The notes under the pieces were generated by a model. The model saw only the letters and a program-made list of their open reading frames with translations. It made no database searches and was not told where the DNA came from. DNA of 64,000 nucleotides from an uncultured bacterium (GTDB taxonomy: Bacteria > Actinomycetota > Acidimicrobiia > Spongiisociales > UBA5794). Below are positions 8,738-18,906 of this stretch, in pieces; positions within the stretch are counted from its first letter, which is position 1, and each line of letters starts with the position of its first letter. The stretch lies in contig CAWDDT010000003.1 in assembly GCA_963801165.1 (NCBI GenBank), positions 1 through 64,000 on the forward strand, given 5' to 3'. The position numbers were made by a program, and so were the translations under genes.

Positions 8738-11344
8738 TCAGGACAGGATCTCGACGTACCCGTCGGTTCCGTGGACGCGGATCCGCTGCCCGTCCCGGAT
8801 CAGGCGGGTGGCATGTTCCACACCCACGACGGCCGGCAGCCCGTATTCGCGTGCGATTACTGCGCCGTGGGTCATCAGGCCTCCCACCTCGGTCACGAGG
8901 CCCTTGATCGCGACGAACAGGGGCGTCCAGCTCGGGTCCGTGTAGGCCGTGACCAGGATGTCGCCCGATTCGAGATCGGCCTGCGACATGTCGAGGATGA
9001 CGCGCGCCCGCCCTTCGATGACCCCGGCGGAAACCGGGAGACCGACCAGGGCACCGGTCGGCACGTCGTCGCGTCGGTATGCCCCGGCGATGACCTCGCC
9101 ATCCGATGTGAGCACCCGGGGCGGCGTGAGTGCTTGATACGACCGGAACGCGTCCTTACGGCGGCAGATGAGCTGGTCATCTACGTGATTCGTGCGTACG
9201 ACGTCGTGGAGTTCCTGGAACCTGAGGTAGAAGATGTCTTCCTTCTCATGAAGCACGTGGGCCCGCACGAGCCGCTCGGCCTCTTCTAGCAGGGCCTGCT
9301 TGTACACGAAGTAGCGGCTGATCATTCCGTACTTCGGATACTCCCGGTACCCGATGAAGGTCCGGACCCGGTCGATCATCCGCTTGGTCTCTTCGGCCTT
9401 TCGCTCCCCGTCCGGTAGGGCCCGCAAGCGCTCGAGTAGCTCCTGTTCCTTCGCCCATGCCTCCTGGCGCCCTTGCTCGAAGAGCCGCGCGCCGGCGCCC
9501 GGTTCGAAGTTCTTGATGTTGCCGAGGATTACGGGCATGAGCGCGGAGGGGCGCTCGCTCCAACGCGGCCGCGTGATGTCGATTTCACCGACGCAGCGCA
9601 TGCCGTACTTTTCGAGCCATGTCTCGATGGCGTCCCGCGCTTCCCGCCCGCCTGAGAGCCTGGCAAGCTCTTCCAGGAAACCCTTGCCCTCGACGTGGTG
9701 CAGGAATGCCACCACCTCTTGATGCGGCCGGATCACGTCCGCGACATCCAGGAGCGCCAGCCCCATCTCCGACGTGACGTTGTGGGGAACGGACTGCGTG
9801 AGCGTGTCGGCCGTGTTCTTCTCGCCCAGCCACGCCAGCAGCTGATCGTTGAGCCACCACGCGGCCTCCATCGCCGACATGAACACCTGACGGCTATCGG
9901 GATCGAACAGGATCCGCTTCAGCTCCTCGATGTCCGCCAGGATGAAGTCGAGCAGCGCCTCACCGGACTTCGTCCGGATGTCGCGTTCCGAGGCGGCGAC
10001 GGAGGCCTCGCTGCGCTCGATCAGCCCGGTAACGATGCCCGGGTCGATCTCGATCGGAGTCGGCGGGCCGCCAAACAGTGGCCCGGGGGGACCCTCGTCG
10101 GGGAGCGGTCGGATGAAGCCATCGCGCTCGAGGATGGTCTGCAGCGCGTCCCCGATCAGCGGATCGGATCTCCCCAGGGCCTCGAGTAGGCCGGCACAGC
10201 TCGCCGGCGAGGCCAGCCTTTGTGTGACGTCGACGAACAGGCGGCCGCCGGCCTCGGCCATGGGCGCGGGGGTCGTCATCTGCCAGAGGGAGAGCCCGAG
10301 GGGCTTCATGGGGTCGGTCATCATCTGTTGATGGCCGACGGAGATGTAGACGTGGTTCTCTCGGTCTTCGGCCGCTGGGATAGGGAACAGCGCGGTGATC
10401 GGCCGAGCCTGGACGATCTGGAAGTCGTTGCCGGCAAGACACCATTCGATGTCCTGGGGCCGGCCGAAGTGCGCTTCGATCCGCCGGCCCAACTGGACGA
10501 GCCGCAACACCTGCGAATCCGTCAGCGCCGGCTGGTCCTGCAGCTCCCGCCCGATCGCATGTTCCTGTGTCCCGCCTGCCGGTGCGGCATGGACGGCAAG
10601 GTGCTTGGCGGCGATCGCCTTGGTGAGTACCTCGCCGTCTCGCACCTTGTAGACGTCCGGGTTCACCAGGCCGGAGACAAGGGCTTCGCCGAGGCCGAAG
10701 CCGGCGTCGACGGTGGCGACCCTTCGGTTGCCAGTGACGGGGTCGGCCGTGAACAGGATCCCGGCCGCATCGGGGAAGATCATCTGCTGTACGACCACGG
10801 CCATCTGGACTGAACGGTGGTGGATGCCGTTCCGCAGGCGGTACGTCGCGGCACGCTCGGTGAACAGCGACGCCCAGCATCGGCTGACGTGGTGGAGGAT
10901 CTCCGCGGGCCCTACGACGTTCAGGTAGGTGTCCTGTTGGCCGGCGAACGAGGCCGTTGGCAGGTCCTCAGCCGTCGCGCTGGATCGCACGGCGTAGGCA
11001 GCATGCTCGCCGAGCTGCGCGAGCGCGCGGGTGATCGCTGCCGTCAGGTCGCCGGGGATGGCGATCCCTTCGAGGATCTGGCGGATCTCCGCGCTGAGAG
11101 CTCGGATCGCCTCACGGTCGTCAGGATCCAGGAGCGACAGCCGATCGAGCCGATCGTCGATTGACGGCGCTGCCGCCATGATCCGCCGGAAGGCGTCCGT
11201 CGTCACGCAAAAACCGGCAGGCACGGTGACGCCTCTAATTCGCGAAAGCTCCCCCAGGTGCGCACCCTTGCCGCCAACGACCGCGACCTGCGTCCGATCG
11301 ATCTCGCGGAAACCCAGCACGTACTCTGTCGATGGACCGGTCAC
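8738..11344 (-). CDS. rph: Rifamycin-inactivating phosphotransferase
   Basis: 868 aa from GTG. N-terminal ATP-grasp (VGGKGAHLGEL, RSSATAEDLPTASFAGQQDTYLN), central HVYISVGHQQMMTDPMKPLG, C-terminal His domain GGLMTHGAVIAREYG. Confidence 0.9.
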   Translation of the reverse strand: MTGPSTEYVLGFREIDRTQVAVVGGKGAHLGELSRIRGVTVPAGFCVTTDAFRRIMAAAPSIDDRLDRLSLLDPDDREAIRALSAEIRQILEGIAIPGDLTAAITRALAQLGEHAAYAVRSSATAEDLPTASFAGQQDTYLNVVGPAEILHHVSRCWASLFTERAATYRLRNGIHHRSVQMAVVVQQMIFPDAAGILFTADPVTGNRRVATVDAGFGLGEALVSGLVNPDVYKVRDGEVLTKAIAAKHLAVHAAPAGGTQEHAIGRELQDQPALTDSQVLRLVQLGRRIEAHFGRPQDIEWCLAGNDFQIVQARPITALFPIPAAEDRENHVYISVGHQQMMTDPMKPLGLSLWQMTTPAPMAEAGGRLFVDVTQRLASPASCAGLLEALGRSDPLIGDALQTILERDGFIRPLPDEGPPGPLFGGPPTPIEIDPGIVTGLIERSEASVAASERDIRTKSGEALLDFILADIEELKRILFDPDSRQVFMSAMEAAWWLNDQLLAWLGEKNTADTLTQSVPHNVTSEMGLALLDVADVIRPHQEVVAFLHHVEGKGFLEELARLSGGREARDAIETWLEKYGMRCVGEIDITRPRWSERPSALMPVILGNIKNFEPGAGARLFEQGRQEAWAKEQELLERLRALPDGERKAEETKRMIDRVRTFIGYREYPKYGMISRYFVYKQALLEEAERLVRAHVLHEKEDIFYLRFQELHDVVRTNHVDDQLICRRKDAFRSYQALTPPRVLTSDGEVIAGAYRRDDVPTGALVGLPVSAGVIEGRARVILDMSQADLESGDILVTAYTDPSWTPLFVAIKGLVTEVGGLMTHGAVIAREYGLPAVVGVEHATRLIRDGQRIRVHGTDGYVEILS

Positions 11345-11695
11345 AGGCGTGGTCTCCCGACGGTCGTTGTGGTGAAGGAGCCATCCGATGTCGCCGTTGT
11401 CCCGGGCAATGAACCGGTCACCCTTGTGGCTACGGAAATGCGTCCGCCGATTGTAGAGACGCGACCGGGATCCAGCGGCGCATGCGGTGATGAGGCGGAC
11501 CGGCCAGGACTGTGGGGACATAATCGGGCAGCTGAAGTCCGCCGACGAATGCCGACCGTCACCTTGAACCCGAGCGGTTGTGCCCGGTCCCACCTAGCCG
11601 ATCGCGCGTTTCGTCCGGTCAACGCAAACCAAGGCGTCGAGCGCATGGCCGGAAGGTCGAACTGGTTTCTCGCCGGCTGGTCCGAGGGCTCATGG

Positions 11696-12334
11696 CTAGA
11701 GGTTTGCGAGCTGGTCGAACTTCTCCCGGAGCTGCTTTTCGCCCTTCATGCCGGACCAGGCGTCCACGATGATGCCGTCGCTACTGATCATGAACGATGT
11801 CGGCTGACCACGGACGCCGAACAGATCCCAGATCGACTGGTCGAGACCCCAATCGACATTGTCGGTGAGCAACTCTGCAGCCCGGCTCTCGGTCGCATCG
11901 GGCTCGCCATAGCCGGCCACCGCAATGAACCTGATGCTGTCCTGATAATCCGATGCAACTGCATCGATGTTGGGCAGTTCCGCCCGACACACCGGTCACC
12001 ATTCTGCCCAGAAGACGAGGTACACGGGTTTCTGCTCATCGCTGAGGCGGAAGGTTGAACCATCGCCGAGGGTCAATTCGAAGTCGGGGGCCGCGGGGCC
12101 GTTGGACTCATCGGACGACGCAGAGGCGTCCTGCGCAGCGGTTGTGACCTCATCGGTTGTGACGTCATCGGTTGTGACGTCATCGGTTGTGACGTCATCG
12201 GTTGTGACGTCATCGGTTGTGACGTCATCGGTTGTGACGTCATTGACCGAGGTCGCCACGCCTCCTACGCCCGACCCTCCTCCGCACGCGGATGCCACGA
12301 AGCCGAGAACAACGAGAAGGACGAGCTTTCGCAT
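11696..12334 (-). CDS. TlpA/redoxin-family lipoprotein with selenocysteine (UxxC)
   Basis: ORFs 11996..12415 and 11696..11992 are in frame: VFWAEW-TGA-PVCRAELP. Lipobox ASAC, APDF motif and cis-Pro GQPTS. Confidence 0.85.
11962..11995 (-). promoter_or_regulatory. Candidate bacterial SECIS hairpin
   Basis: After UGA: CCGGTGTGTCGGGCG-GAAC-TGCCCAACATCG; a G-initiated loop begins 16 nt downstream. Confidence 0.6.
12139..12243 (-). repeat. 15-bp coding tandem repeat (DVTTD, about 7 units)
   Basis: TCATCGGTTGTGACG exact repeats in the lipoprotein linker. Confidence 0.95.
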
Positions 12335-12540
12335 ACACCGGAGCCTAGCTGGAGCGGTGTTGCCTGGCGGAGCGCGGCGGTGCGAGACGCACAAGCCTAT
12401 CGGTTGATCGACCACCAGAGGTTGGACGGCGAAGGCACGTCGCCGTACCCGTTGCGACGTGCCTCGATCAGCCGCAACTCAAATCGGAGCCGGCGTTGTC
12501 CGGGACTCCGCTGTGCCCGATCGCTTCGGCCGAGCTCCCG

Positions 12541-14461
12541 TCAGTAGTCCATCAGGATCTCGGTCGGCTTCACATCGTCGAGCCCTGGGAACTCGCCGTC
12601 GGCGACGGCTGAGCCGAGGGTCGCCAACCTCTTGAACTCGCGATCTGTCGGGCGGTCGCCGGTGAGCCGCCTCGTCAACTCGTCGCACATCACCTCAGCC
12701 GCAAGCTGCACGGCGGGGTTGCTGCTGCGGCTCCCGTAGAGCGCCGTGCACAAGATCACCGTGGCGTCGATGACGCGCTCGGTCAGCTCGGTCATTCGCG
12801 TCTGCCGGTCCGCCAGAGCAAGCTGGTACTTCCGCATCGAGCCGCTTATCTCCAGCGACGACTTCTGCAGACGCTGGGCGGCAAACGCCGCATGCCCGGC
12901 CAGCGCCTTCGGCATCGGTGGCAGGTCGGGTTTGCCCACAAAACGCATCGTGCGGGCCGTAAGCCACTTCCCGTACTCGAGTGCAGGCTCACGAGCCGCC
13001 CACAGCACCTTGGGATCGGTCGGCGACATCTTCTTGATCCCCGCTGCCTGTACGGCGCGGCCCATCGGCTCGAAGAAACGCGTGCCATGGTCCTTCACCA
13101 GGGACTTGAACAGGGCCATGCCCAGCATCTCTCCTTCTCCCTCGTAGATGCTGGGGGCGAGGAAGTCGTGGATGTAGTCGCCGAAGCAGATGACCATGGA
13201 GGAACGAACGTCCACCGTGGGTCTTCATCAACAGATCGATGGCGGCGATCTTCTCCGCCTCCGCCCCGAAGATCTTGGCCACGACGCACTCCATCTCGCC
13301 GCGGTATCCCTCGTCGAGGAGGCGCGATGTCCACGATACGAGTGCTTCGGCGGCCACGATGAACCCGGCGATGCGGGCCAGCCGGCGCTGGACTAGCTCC
13401 CTCGTTGCTATCGGTTGCCCATACGTCTCGCGTTTGCGAGCCCATGGGATCATCGACGCTGCCATGATCCGCATCGTTCCCGCCGCGTTGGCGCACAGCG
13501 CCACCCGACCCTTGTTGAGACCGTGGTAAGCGATCGTAAGACCGTCACCACGCTTCGGTACGAGCAGGTTCTCGGCAGGCACCCTCAGACCCGAGAAGCG
13601 CAGACCGTTGTTGTAAGCGTTGCGCAGAGCATGCAACCCGTAGCGCACCAGACCGAACTGCTCGCTCTCCTCTCCGGGGAGCTCGACGACGAGCACTGCA
13701 GGACGTTCGTCGATCAGACACACGAGACCCACGGTGCGCCCTGGCTTCACATTCGTGATGAACAGTTTCTCGCCTTCGACGACGTAGTCGTCGCCGTCTA
13801 GCGTCGCCGTGGTCCGGAGCGCGGTGAGGTCCGATCCTGCACCCGGTTCGGTGAGAGCGAACGCCGACAGCCGACGGCCCTTCGCCAGGTCGGGGAGGAA
13901 TCGGGTTTTCTGCTCGGCCGAACCGAACGCGGTCACCGGGTCCACGGCACCGATGCACTGGTGCACCGAGCCCATTCCGGCGACGGTCGGGTCGAGCGCC
14001 GCCATCCGGGCCAGGAAGGGGGCATACGCCGCAAAAGGCGCTCCACTACCGCCGTATTCGGGATCAACCAGCAGACCCCAGTAGCCCGCAGCACCCAGCT
14101 CGTCGAAGGTCTCCTCTGATATCTTGCCATCCTCGCCGAGGAGCGTGCCGGCCGCGAGACGGTGTCGCACCACGTCCAGCGAGGCCTCGAAGACGGCGTC
14201 AATCTCACTGGTTACGTTCGGCGGCGAGTAGTCGAAGAGCGCAACCGGCACCTCTCGACTCCAAACCGCCCGATGGAGCGGGCTGTTCACAGTGCGGAAC
14301 CGTTCCTCGTATAGCGATTCGACCTGATCGTCTGCCCGGTCTACCGCACCCGTCCTCGTTGCTTCAGCTGCGGATTTGCCGGCCATCTCAAGTGCTACCT
14401 CGGCGAAAGACCGCTCTGCGTCGGACCCTGAGCCGCGACCTCGATTCGTGGTGTCGACCAT
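12541..14461 (-). CDS. Acyl-CoA dehydrogenase family protein (+1 frameshift near 13187)
   Basis: [30 protein letters not shown] then [21 protein letters not shown] in the shifted frame. Confidence 0.85.
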
Positions 14462-14771
14462 CAGAATTACCTCCCCTGATCTCGACTTTGTTTACCGTAT
14501 CGTGACGGGAGGGCGTCAACCAGAGGCAACTGTCCCTTCGACGATTTCGGGCGCGCACGTCTTTTCTCGATATCTGGCGACACCCGCAGACTCTGGCTAT
14601 GTCCGCATCTGATTCATCCAGGCATGGGACGGGACGGCACTCTGCAGCGCAGGAGGATTCTCGAGCGACACCGGTGACGGGCTCGAGTGCTCAGTGGTAC
14701 AGGTGAGCACGAAGTCGCCGTAGCGGATCCACCACCCTGGGAAGGTCCGACCCTTCTTCCAGGTCTTTTGG

Positions 14772-15131
14772 TCACGACGATGGTTGATGTTCGCCGAGGA
14801 CGCAGAACTCGTTGCCCTCTGGATCGGCTAACACCACCCAGGGTACGTCGCCCTGGCCAACGTCGACACGGGACGCGCCGTGTGCGATGAGTCGCGCGAC
14901 CTCGGTGCCCTGATCTTCGGGGCGGAAATCGAGATGAAGGCGGTTCTTGGACTGCTTCTGTTCGGTAACCGCTTGAAACATGAGCCCCGGGAGCTGATCG
15001 GCCTCTGGTCGAATCTCGAACTCGTCCGGATCGTCGTTGACGATGACCCATCTGAGCGCCTCTAGCCACCATCGACCGAGCGCCACAGGATCATGGGCAT
15101 CGATGACGATCTGTTCCCACTCGAGACTCAT
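14772..15131 (-). CDS. VOC/glyoxalase-like protein
   Basis: KNRLHLD and WVVLADPEGNEFCV motifs. Confidence 0.88.
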   Translation of the reverse strand: MSLEWEQIVIDAHDPVALGRWWLEALRWVIVNDDPDEFEIRPEADQLPGLMFQAVTEQKQSKNRLHLDFRPEDQGTEVARLIAHGASRVDVGQGDVPWVVLADPEGNEFCVLGEHQPSS

Positions 15132-15281
15132 CGGATGACCATACCGCTCGCCAGTCCTCGCGGTCGAGCGCTCTGCTGTTTCAGCCTGGAGAGGCGGAGG
15201 GAGCCAACTGCCTGAACGCCTGTGGGCGACCTGCCTGTAGCGGCCCCGACCTGCCCGTTCAGCGCGCGAGATGCCGGGTAT

Positions 15282-15327
15282 TCGGGCTCGTACCAAAGGT
15301 CGCAGATTCGAAACCTGCCCTCGCTAC
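15282..15327 (+). pseudogene. Degenerate tRNA-fMet anticodon-to-3' fragment
   Basis: TCGGGCTCGTACCAAAGGTCGCAGATTCGAAACCTGCCCTCGCTAC versus TCGGGCTCATAACCCAAAGGTCGCAGGTTCGAATCCTGCCCCCGCTAC; 5' half absent. Confidence 0.7.
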
Positions 15328-15388
15328 GAAGAAGCCCTCGCTACGACGAAGCCCTCGCTACGACGAAGCCCTCGCTACGACGAAGCCC
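15318..15388 (+). repeat. 17-bp tandem repeat x4 built from the tRNA 3' end
   Basis: CCCTCGCTACGA(A/C)GAAG x4, followed by a TGGTAG...CTACCA hairpin. Confidence 0.92.
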
Positions 15389-15415
15389 GTGGTAGCTCTA
15401 CATCTACCAGCGAGC

Positions 15416-16033
15416 CTATATCCATCCCAGGAATCCGGCGAACACGACCATCATCACAACATCCATCGCAGCAAAGGTCCCGATGAAGGTGATCCGCTGC
15501 TTGGGCTTTGCGTCGTAGCAGTAGGCGGCGGCCAGGAAGAAGGGGATGTAGACCAGTAGGAAGACGGGGATAGACCCCCACCAGGAATAGACCCAGACGA
15601 AAGCCGGCGTCTTTGCCAGGAAGATCTCGATTATGGCGAAGAGTGCCGCATTCCCGATCACAAACAACAGACGGTTGTTGAGACCAAAGACCTTCAGCTT
15701 GGGGTCATCCGGCAGAACCTTGCTCAAGACGAGGCCGGCGATCGAGAACATGAGACTCAGCTCGATGCCGACCCCAACCAGGATCAAGAAGGATGTGCCG
15801 GTCGGCACCGTCCACAGGGCGTCGCCGCTGAAGTGCTGGATGAGTGCATTCAGGATCTCGAAGAACCAGTGCACGACGTAGAGGCCAAGCCCGGCTGCGA
15901 TGCCATTCCAGTTCCTCTTGGAGATCTCGTTGGCGTACACGTAGACCACTAGTGCCACGAGGGTGATCACGTACCACTGGAAGTTGTCGCCCGTACGCAG
16001 GATATCGAGCGCCATTCGGGTCGCATTGTCCAT
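15416..16033 (-). CDS. Integral membrane protein of unknown function
   Basis: About 205 aa with ~6 hydrophobic helices; GGAG RBS. Confidence 0.8.
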   Translation of the reverse strand: MDNATRMALDILRTGDNFQWYVITLVALVVYVYANEISKRNWNGIAAGLGLYVVHWFFEILNALIQHFSGDALWTVPTGTSFLILVGVGIELSLMFSIAGLVLSKVLPDDPKLKVFGLNNRLLFVIGNAALFAIIEIFLAKTPAFVWVYSWWGSIPVFLLVYIPFFLAAAYCYDAKPKQRITFIGTFAAMDVVMMVVFAGFLGWI

Positions 16034-16149
16034 AGGTCTCTCCAATGGAAATGGGATTCGGTGTCCGTGTGTGCAGCATAAATCTTGCGAGCGGGCGTAC
16101 TGAGTTGGGGCTTCGTGAGAGCAGTCGCCGTGTCTCGTAATGTGTGCAC

Positions 16150-18120
16150 ATGAGCCGAGTGAGAATCCTCCCAGGGATCTGGCACGACCGCCTGACCGTC
16201 AACGCCGCGCAAGCGATCTTCCACCAATGGGGGCAACTCGAAGCTTCTGGGTGCATCGACAACTTCCGCATCGCAGCCGGCGAAACCGAAGGATTTCGCG
16301 AGGGCTGGTTCTTCGCCGACTCGGACGCCTACAAATGGCTGGACGCCGCCGCGCGCGTTTGTGCCACCCATCCCAGCCCACGTCTGGCGACTCTGATGGA
16401 TGACTTCATCGATCTGGTTGGGCGGGTCCAGCAACCCGACGGCTACATATACACGTACAACCAGATCCACTTCCCGGAGTGCCGCTGGGTCAACTTGCAG
16501 GTCGAGCATGAGCTGTACTGTCACGGCCACCTGATTGAGGCGGGCGTCTCGCACAACGAGGCGACGGGGCGTGCCGACCTGCTGGGAATCGCCCGGCGCG
16601 CCGCAGATCGCGTTGTGGCGGATTTCGAGGGCAAAGAACCGGCGTATACCCCGGGACATCAGGAGATCGAGCTTGCCCTGCTGCGGTTGTACCGGCTCAC
16701 CGGGCAGGCCGACTATCTGAATCTGGCCAAGCAACTCATTGAGCAACGCGGCAGCATACGGCGGTTTGGTGTCTCCGTCTTCCGACAGAACTCGAGTGCT
16801 GAAAAGAGGAAGAAGGCCATCGGGGCGCAGCGGCAGGACTACATGGCCGCCCACCCCGAGTACTCCCCATCCCGTGTTCCCGCGGGGAACGAATCCAAGA
16901 AGCCGTGGCACGCCAAGCCACGCTGGATGCTGAGCGCCCTCAACGGTGAGTACTTCCAGCAGCACGCCCCGATCCGGTCTCAGACCGTGCCGGTCGGACA
17001 CTCGGTCCGGTTTGCCTACATGGAAACGGCAGCCGCAATGTTGGCGCGAGATAGCAATGACCCGTCTCTGCAAGAGGTCATCGAGCGAGCCTGGGATCAC
17101 ATGGTCACCCGCAAGATGTACGTCACGGGTGGGATCGGCTCGCTACCTCATTCAGAGGGTTTTGGCCGCGATTACGAGCTCGATCCGGAGGTCGCCTACG
17201 CCGAGACTTGTGCCGCTCTGGGGAGCATGTTCTGGAACTGGGAGATGGCCCGGTTGACTGGAAAGGCGCAGTACAGCGACCTGTTCGAGTGGCAGCTGTA
17301 CAACGCTGCCGGCGTTGGCATGGGATCCGACGGCACTACCTATTTCTACAACAATCCTCTGACCACCACGGGCGGTGTCGAGCGGAAGCCGTGGTACGAG
17401 GTCTGCTGTTGCCCGTCCAACATCTCGCGTACCTGGGCCGACCTGCGGAAGTACCTGTATACATGCGACGAGGGTGGTGTTTGGGTGCACCAATATGTCA
17501 ACAGCGATGCAGTCCTCGAGGAGTGTGGCGCCCCCAATCTCGAGGTTGAGACTGGACTTCCCTGGCGAGGGAATGTCCGGATCGAAGTCACTCCCAATGT
17601 GCGCCCTGATTTCGACCTGCACGTGCGCATTCCATCCTGGGCGAGCGGTGGTTCGCTACGAATCAACGAGGAGAGGCAAGCTCTCCCGATCGTAGGTTCA
17701 GCGGCCGACGGGCAGACGGCCTCGGGTTATGACCCGCGGATCAGTCGCTTCCACAAAATCCAGCGCACCTGGCTGCCGGGCGATGTGGTCGAGATCGAAT
17801 TCGACATGGGGATCCAGCTTCGCCGCGCTCACCCGAAGGTGAAGGGGCATGAGGGCCGAGTCGCCATCACTACCGGCCCGCTGGTCTACTGCCTCGAAAG
17901 CGTCGACAACCCCGGCGTGGACATCCACAACGTTCAGATCGACCCTGACTCACTCGCCGGGCATTTCGATCGAGATCTACTCGGCGGCACAAGCGTGATC
18001 ACTGCGAGGTCGCTGGGCTCAAGCCCATTGGTCCTCATTCCGTACCACCTCTGGGGAAACCGTGGACCGTCGCAAATGACGGTCTGGGTGAGGCTCAGCC
18101 ACAGGGCCGGAGTGCAATGA
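16150..18120 (+). CDS. GH127 beta-L-arabinofuranosidase-like glycoside hydrolase
   Basis: DSDAYKWL, HELYCHGH, GHQEIELAL, GHSVR, YAETCA, CCPSN. Confidence 0.9.
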   Translation: MSRVRILPGIWHDRLTVNAAQAIFHQWGQLEASGCIDNFRIAAGETEGFREGWFFADSDAYKWLDAAARVCATHPSPRLATLMDDFIDLVGRVQQPDGYIYTYNQIHFPECRWVNLQVEHELYCHGHLIEAGVSHNEATGRADLLGIARRAADRVVADFEGKEPAYTPGHQEIELALLRLYRLTGQADYLNLAKQLIEQRGSIRRFGVSVFRQNSSAEKRKKAIGAQRQDYMAAHPEYSPSRVPAGNESKKPWHAKPRWMLSALNGEYFQQHAPIRSQTVPVGHSVRFAYMETAAAMLARDSNDPSLQEVIERAWDHMVTRKMYVTGGIGSLPHSEGFGRDYELDPEVAYAETCAALGSMFWNWEMARLTGKAQYSDLFEWQLYNAAGVGMGSDGTTYFYNNPLTTTGGVERKPWYEVCCCPSNISRTWADLRKYLYTCDEGGVWVHQYVNSDAVLEECGAPNLEVETGLPWRGNVRIEVTPNVRPDFDLHVRIPSWASGGSLRINEERQALPIVGSAADGQTASGYDPRISRFHKIQRTWLPGDVVEIEFDMGIQLRRAHPKVKGHEGRVAITTGPLVYCLESVDNPGVDIHNVQIDPDSLAGHFDRDLLGGTSVITARSLGSSPLVLIPYHLWGNRGPSQMTVWVRLSHRAGVQ

Positions 18121-18194
18121 ATTGTCGTACCGGCCGCGGAGCCTCGAGGGCCGCTCGTGCCAAACAGCATTGTCTAGTCGCGGGTGAAGTGTGC

Positions 18195-18235
18195 CATTCG
18201 GGTGGGCCCGCGGCAGCTACGGGCCCACCCGAATG
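18195..18235. terminator. Strong hairpin between convergent genes
   Basis: CATTCGGGTGGGCCCG-N9-CGGGCCCACCCGAATG. Confidence 0.75.
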
Positions 18236-18258
18236 ACCGGTCACGCCGATCGTGTTCT

Positions 18259-18536
18259 CTAGAACTCGGTGGCGTCGACTTCTTCATACAGCTCGATGCG
18301 CGGCTCGCTCGTGATTCCTGCCGACGCGGTGGTGGCCTGGAGCGAAGGGTTGGTGAGGAACGCCTGGGCGGCTCGGCGCTGTCGAAGCCTTGAATGATCG
18401 TGACGTTGTTCGGGTTCTCGACATTGCGATTGATCCGGCCGAATCGGACACCAAGCGACCCGTGATCGAATCCGTCGTCGACCGCCTTCCAATTGACGAA
18501 GTCCTCGATATCGTGGTTGACGATTGATACGTACAT
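18259..18536 (-). CDS. Small dimeric alpha-beta barrel/cyclase-like protein (frameshift near 18372)
   Basis: MYVSIVNHDIEDFVNWK...RNVENPNNVTII joined to AQAFLTNPSLQ...AGITSEPRI; GGAAGG RBS. Confidence 0.55.
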
Positions 18537-18906
18537 GTATTGCCTTCCTGATATGCCCGTGAGGGTTGGCTCGCCTCCGGACGGATTTGTGCAACCGGCG
18601 AGCCGATGAGTTGCGCTGCTTCGGGATCGGCCCGTCCGATCCGCCGAGCACAAGTATCTCGAGCGACCGTTTGCCCAGCGTTTGCGAGTCTTGACCCGAT
18701 TACTGCAGACTCGAGTTCCTTGTGGTGCGCCCGGGCTGCGGCTGTCCGATCGGGACACCTCGACGCTTTCTTGCGTCCCGCGGTGTCGCCCGCGTGATAG
18801 CGTTGTCAAATCATGGCTCACGTCTTTCGTCTGCCTCGGTAACCGGTAAACCGAGAGATCCTCTGCCCCATGGAGCAAACGTCACGAGCCCGGAGCGGAA
18901 ACCGAA

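Noticed and set aside
8738-11593. Phosphoenolpyruvate synthase, and the 951-aa ORF start
   Set aside because: Domain order (His domain last) and the central motif fit Rph; the RBS supports a start at 11344.
15260-15330. Functional tRNA-Met gene
   Set aside because: 5' acceptor and D arms are missing; the anticodon loop and T-arm are mutated.
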